A stretch of 64,000 nt of DNA from Eledone cirrhosa (Eukaryota): contig OZ024743.1 of assembly GCA_964016885.1 (NCBI GenBank), forward strand, positions 136,710,001 through 136,774,000, in the 5' to 3' direction. The position numbers and the translations under genes are program-made. Under the pieces are notes generated by a model. The model worked only from the letters and a program-made list of their open reading frames with translations. It did no database searches and was not told where the DNA came from. This document shows, piece by piece, positions 61,301-64,000 of this stretch. Numbering within the stretch: position 1 is the stretch's first letter; the number at the start of each line of letters is the position of its first letter.

Positions 61301-64000
61301 TGCTTGGTGTTTGGTGCTTGGTGCTTGGTGTTTGTACTTGGTGCTTGGTGCTTGGTTCTTGGTGTTTGGTGCTTGGTGTTTGGTGCTTGGTGCCTTGTGT
61401 TTGGTGCTTGGTGTTTGGTGCTTCGTGTTTGGTGCTTGGTGCCTGGTGCTTGGTGCTTGGTGCTTGGTGTTTGGTGCTTGGTGTTTGGTGCTTGGTGTTA
61501 GGTGTTTGATGCTTGGTGCTTGGTGTTTGGTGCTTGGTGTTTTGTGCTTGGTGCTTGGTGTTTGGTGTTTGGTGCTTGGTGTTTGGTGCTTGCTACTTGG
61601 TGCTTGGTGCTTGGTGTTAGGTGTTTGGTGCTTGGTGCTTGGTGTTTGGTTTTTGGTGCTTGGTGCTTGGTGTTTGGTGTTTGGTGCTTGCTGCTGGCTG
61701 CTTGGTGATTGGTGCTTGGTGTTTGGTGCTTGGTGTTTGGTGTTTGGTGCTAGGTGCTTGGTGCTTGGTGTTTGGTGCTTGGTGCTTGGTGTTTGGTGTT
61801 TGGTGTTTGGTGCTTGGTGTTTGGTGTTTGGTGCTTGGTGCTTGGTGCTGGGTGGTTGGTGTTTGGTGCTTGGTGTTTGGTGCTGGGTGCTTGGTGTTTG
61901 GTGCTTGGTGCTTGGTGCTTGGTGCTTGGTGTTTGGTGTTTGGTGCTTGGTGCTTGGTGTTTGGTGCTTGGTGCTTGGTGTTTGGTGCTTGGTGCTTCGT
62001 GTTTGGTGCTAGGTGCTTGGGGTTTGGTCTTTGGTGCTTGGTGTTTGGTGTTTGGTGTTTGGTGCTTGGTGCTTGGTATTTGGTGTTTGCTGTTTGCTGT
62101 TTGGTGTTTGTTGTTTGGTGTTTGTTGTTTGGTGTTTGCTGTTTAGTGTTTGGTGTTTGGTGTTTGCTGTTTGGTGTCTGCTTTTTGGTGTTTGGTGTTT
62201 GCTGTATGTTGTTTGCTGCTTGGTGTTTGGTGTTTGGTGCTTGGTGTTTCGTGCTTGCTGCTTGGTGTTTGGTGCTTGGTGCATGGTGTTTGGTGCCTGG
62301 TGCTTGGTGCTTGGTGTTTGGTGTTTGGTGCTTGGTGCTTGGTGCTTGGAGTTTGGTGTTTGGTGCTTGTTGCTTGGTGTTTTGTGTTTGGTTTTTGGTG
62401 CTTGGTGCTTGGTGCTTGGTCCTTGGTGTTTGGTGCTGGGTGCTTTGTGTTTGGTGCTTGGTGCTTTGTGCTTGGTGTTTGGTGTTTGCTGCTTGGTGTT
62501 TGGTGCTTGGTGCTTGATGCTTGGTGTTTTGTGTTTGGTGCTTGGTGCTTGGTGTTTGGTGCTTGGTGCTTGGTGCTAGGTGTTTGTACTTGGTGCTTGG
62601 TGTTTGGTTCTTGGTTCTTGGTGTTTGGTACTTGGTGCTTGGTGCTTGGTGCTTGGTGTTTGTTGCTTGGTGTTTGGTGCTTGGTGCTTGGTGTTTGGTG
62701 CTTGGTGTTTGGTGTTTGGTGCTTGGTGCTTGGTGTTTGGTGTTTGCTGTTTGCTGTTTGCTGTTTGCTGTTTGCTGTTTGGTGTTTGCTGTTTGCTGTT
62801 TGGTGTCTGCTTTTTGGTGTTTGGTGTTTGCTGTATGGTGTTTGCTGTTTGGTGTTTGGTGCTTGCTGTTTGGTGTTTGGTCTTTGGTGCTTGGTGTTTG
62901 TTTCTTGGTGCTTGGTGTTTGGTGTTTGGTGCTTGGTGCTTGGTGTTTGGTGTTTGGTGCTTGGTGCTTGGTGTTTGGTGTTTGGTGCTTGGTGTCAGGT
63001 GCTTGGTGTTTGGTGTTTGCTCTATGTTGTTTGCTGTTTGGTGTTTGGTGTTTGGTATTTGGTGTTTGGTGCTTGGTGCTTGGTGTTTGGTGCTTGGTGC
63101 TTGGTGTTTGGTGCCTGGTGCTTGGTGCTTGTTGTTTGGTGTTTGGTGCTTGGTGCTTGGTGCTTGGAGTTTGGTGTTTGGTGCTTGTTGCTTGGTGTTT
63201 TGTGTTTGGTGTTTGGTTTTTGGTGCTTGGTGCTTGGTGCTTGGTCCTTGGTGTTTGGTGCTGCGTGCTTTGTGTTTGGTGCTTGGTGCTTTGTGCTTGG
63301 TGTTTGGTGTTTGCTGCTTGGTGTTTGGTGCTTGGTGCTTCGTGCTTGGTGTTTTGTGTTTGGTGCTTGGTGCTTGGTGTTTGGTGCTTGGTGCTTGGTG
63401 CTTGGTGCTTGGTGTTTGTACTTGGTGCTTGGTGCTTGGTGTTTGGTTCTTGGTTATTGGTGTTTGGTACTTGGTGCTTGGTGCTTGGTGCTTGGTGTTT
63501 GGTGCTTGGTGTTTGGTGCTTGGTGCTTGGTGTTTGGTGCTTGGTGTTTGGTGCTTGGTGCTTGGTGTTTGGTGTTTGGTGTTTGGTGTTTGCTGTTTGC
63601 TGTTAGGTGTTTGGTGTTTGCTGTTTGCTGTTTGGTGTCTGCTTTTTGGTGTTTGGTGTTTGCTGTATGGTGTTTGCTGTTTGGTGTTTGGTGTTTGCTG
63701 TTTGGTGTTTGGTCTTTGGTGCTTGGTGTTTGGTGCTTGGTGCTTGGTGTTTGGTGTTTGGTGCTTGGTGCTTGGTGTTTGGTGTTTGGTGCTTGGTGCT
63801 TGGTGTCTGGTGCTTGGTGCTTGGTGCTTGATGTTTGGTGTTTGGTGTTTGGTGCTTGGTGCTTGGTGCTTGGTGTTTGGTGCTTGGTGTTTGGCGTTTG
63901 GTGCTTGTTGCTTGGTGCTTGGTGTTTGGTGCTTGGTGCTTGGTGCTGGGTGCTGGGTGCTTGGTCTTTGGTGCTTGGTGTTTGGTGTTTGGTGCTTGGT

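Larger units (their letters stand above)
1..64000 (+). repeat. Heptamer tandem satellite array (TTGGTG[C/T])n, about 9,100 units, single orientation, extends beyond both window ends
   Basis: Every line parses into TTGGTGC/TTGGTGT units with scattered substitution variants (TTGCTGT, TTGGTAC, TTGATGC, TAGGTGC, TTGGTTC, TTGGAGC, CTGGTGC). The consensus implies about 43% G, 50% T and 7% C with A rare. All three + frames translate to WCLV(L/F)G(A/V) and the - frames to TKHQ(A/T)P(S/N). Confidence 0.99.
53600..64000 (+). repeat. Duplication with about 7.45-kb offset (about 53600-56900 vs about 61050-64000), probably continuing past the window
   Basis: TTATTGC-TTGTTGC lies at 53622/61074. ORF offsets are 7451 (53825/61276, 54051/61502), 7458 (54555/62013) and 7465 (55056/62521). 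TGCGTGC lies at 55783/63262. Shared GTCAGG and GCTGGGTGCTGGG variants are present. Confidence 0.85.

Noticed and set aside
1-64000. CRISPR array or other repeat-spacer system, with islands as repeats
   Set aside because: There are no unique spacers. Intervening DNA is the same heptamer with variable length, and there is no cas gene or leader.
1-64000. Canonical telomerase-synthesised tract (TTAGGG or TTTAGGG)
   Set aside because: The motif does not match. TTAGG occurs only as a sporadic variant, and variants are inherited in kilobase blocks.
1-64000. Bacterial heptamer repeats (cyanobacterial STRR-type) or a VNTR within a gene
   Set aside because: Those arrays are typically short and flanked by genes, whereas this is at least 64 kb and gene-free. 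A prokaryotic origin is unlikely, although the window cannot establish taxonomy.
1-64000. Pure sequencing or basecalling artefact
   Set aside because: Rare variants recur in the same order at fixed offsets with exact 7-bp phase, which random error would not produce. Copy number of the near-identical blocks still needs read support.
1-64000. Inversions, transposon insertions, tRNA or rRNA genes, promoters, terminators
   Set aside because: I saw no CACCAA-oriented segment on +, no non-repeat insert, and no self-complementary stems.

Overview
The whole 64-kb window is one uninterrupted heptamer satellite, (TTGGTGY)n on the + strand and (RCACCAA)n on the - strand, about 9,100 units in a single orientation and running off both ends. 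I see no unique sequence, genuine gene, RNA gene, transposon or CRISPR array. All listed ORFs are artefacts: the + strand has almost no A, so stop codons are rare on both strands, and a 7-bp period gives the same 7-aa peptide in every frame. The real information lies in the variant pattern. (i) The C/T state at unit position 7 is copied faithfully between blocks. (ii) A roughly 150-bp TTGCTGT/CTGCTTT island recurs about 45 times. (iii) A 6-bp TTGTAC-family unit accounts for nearly all phase shifts. (iv) Nested higher-order duplications have periods from 56 bp to about 8.7 kb (3641, 4314, 7592, 3181/3349, about 7450 bp), read from matching ORF-track coordinates and shared private variants. This fits a eukaryotic-type satellite (centromeric, pericentromeric or subtelomeric) expanding by in-register unequal exchange or template switching. 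The organism and function cannot be determined from the window, and I found no evidence of a novel protein-coding system.
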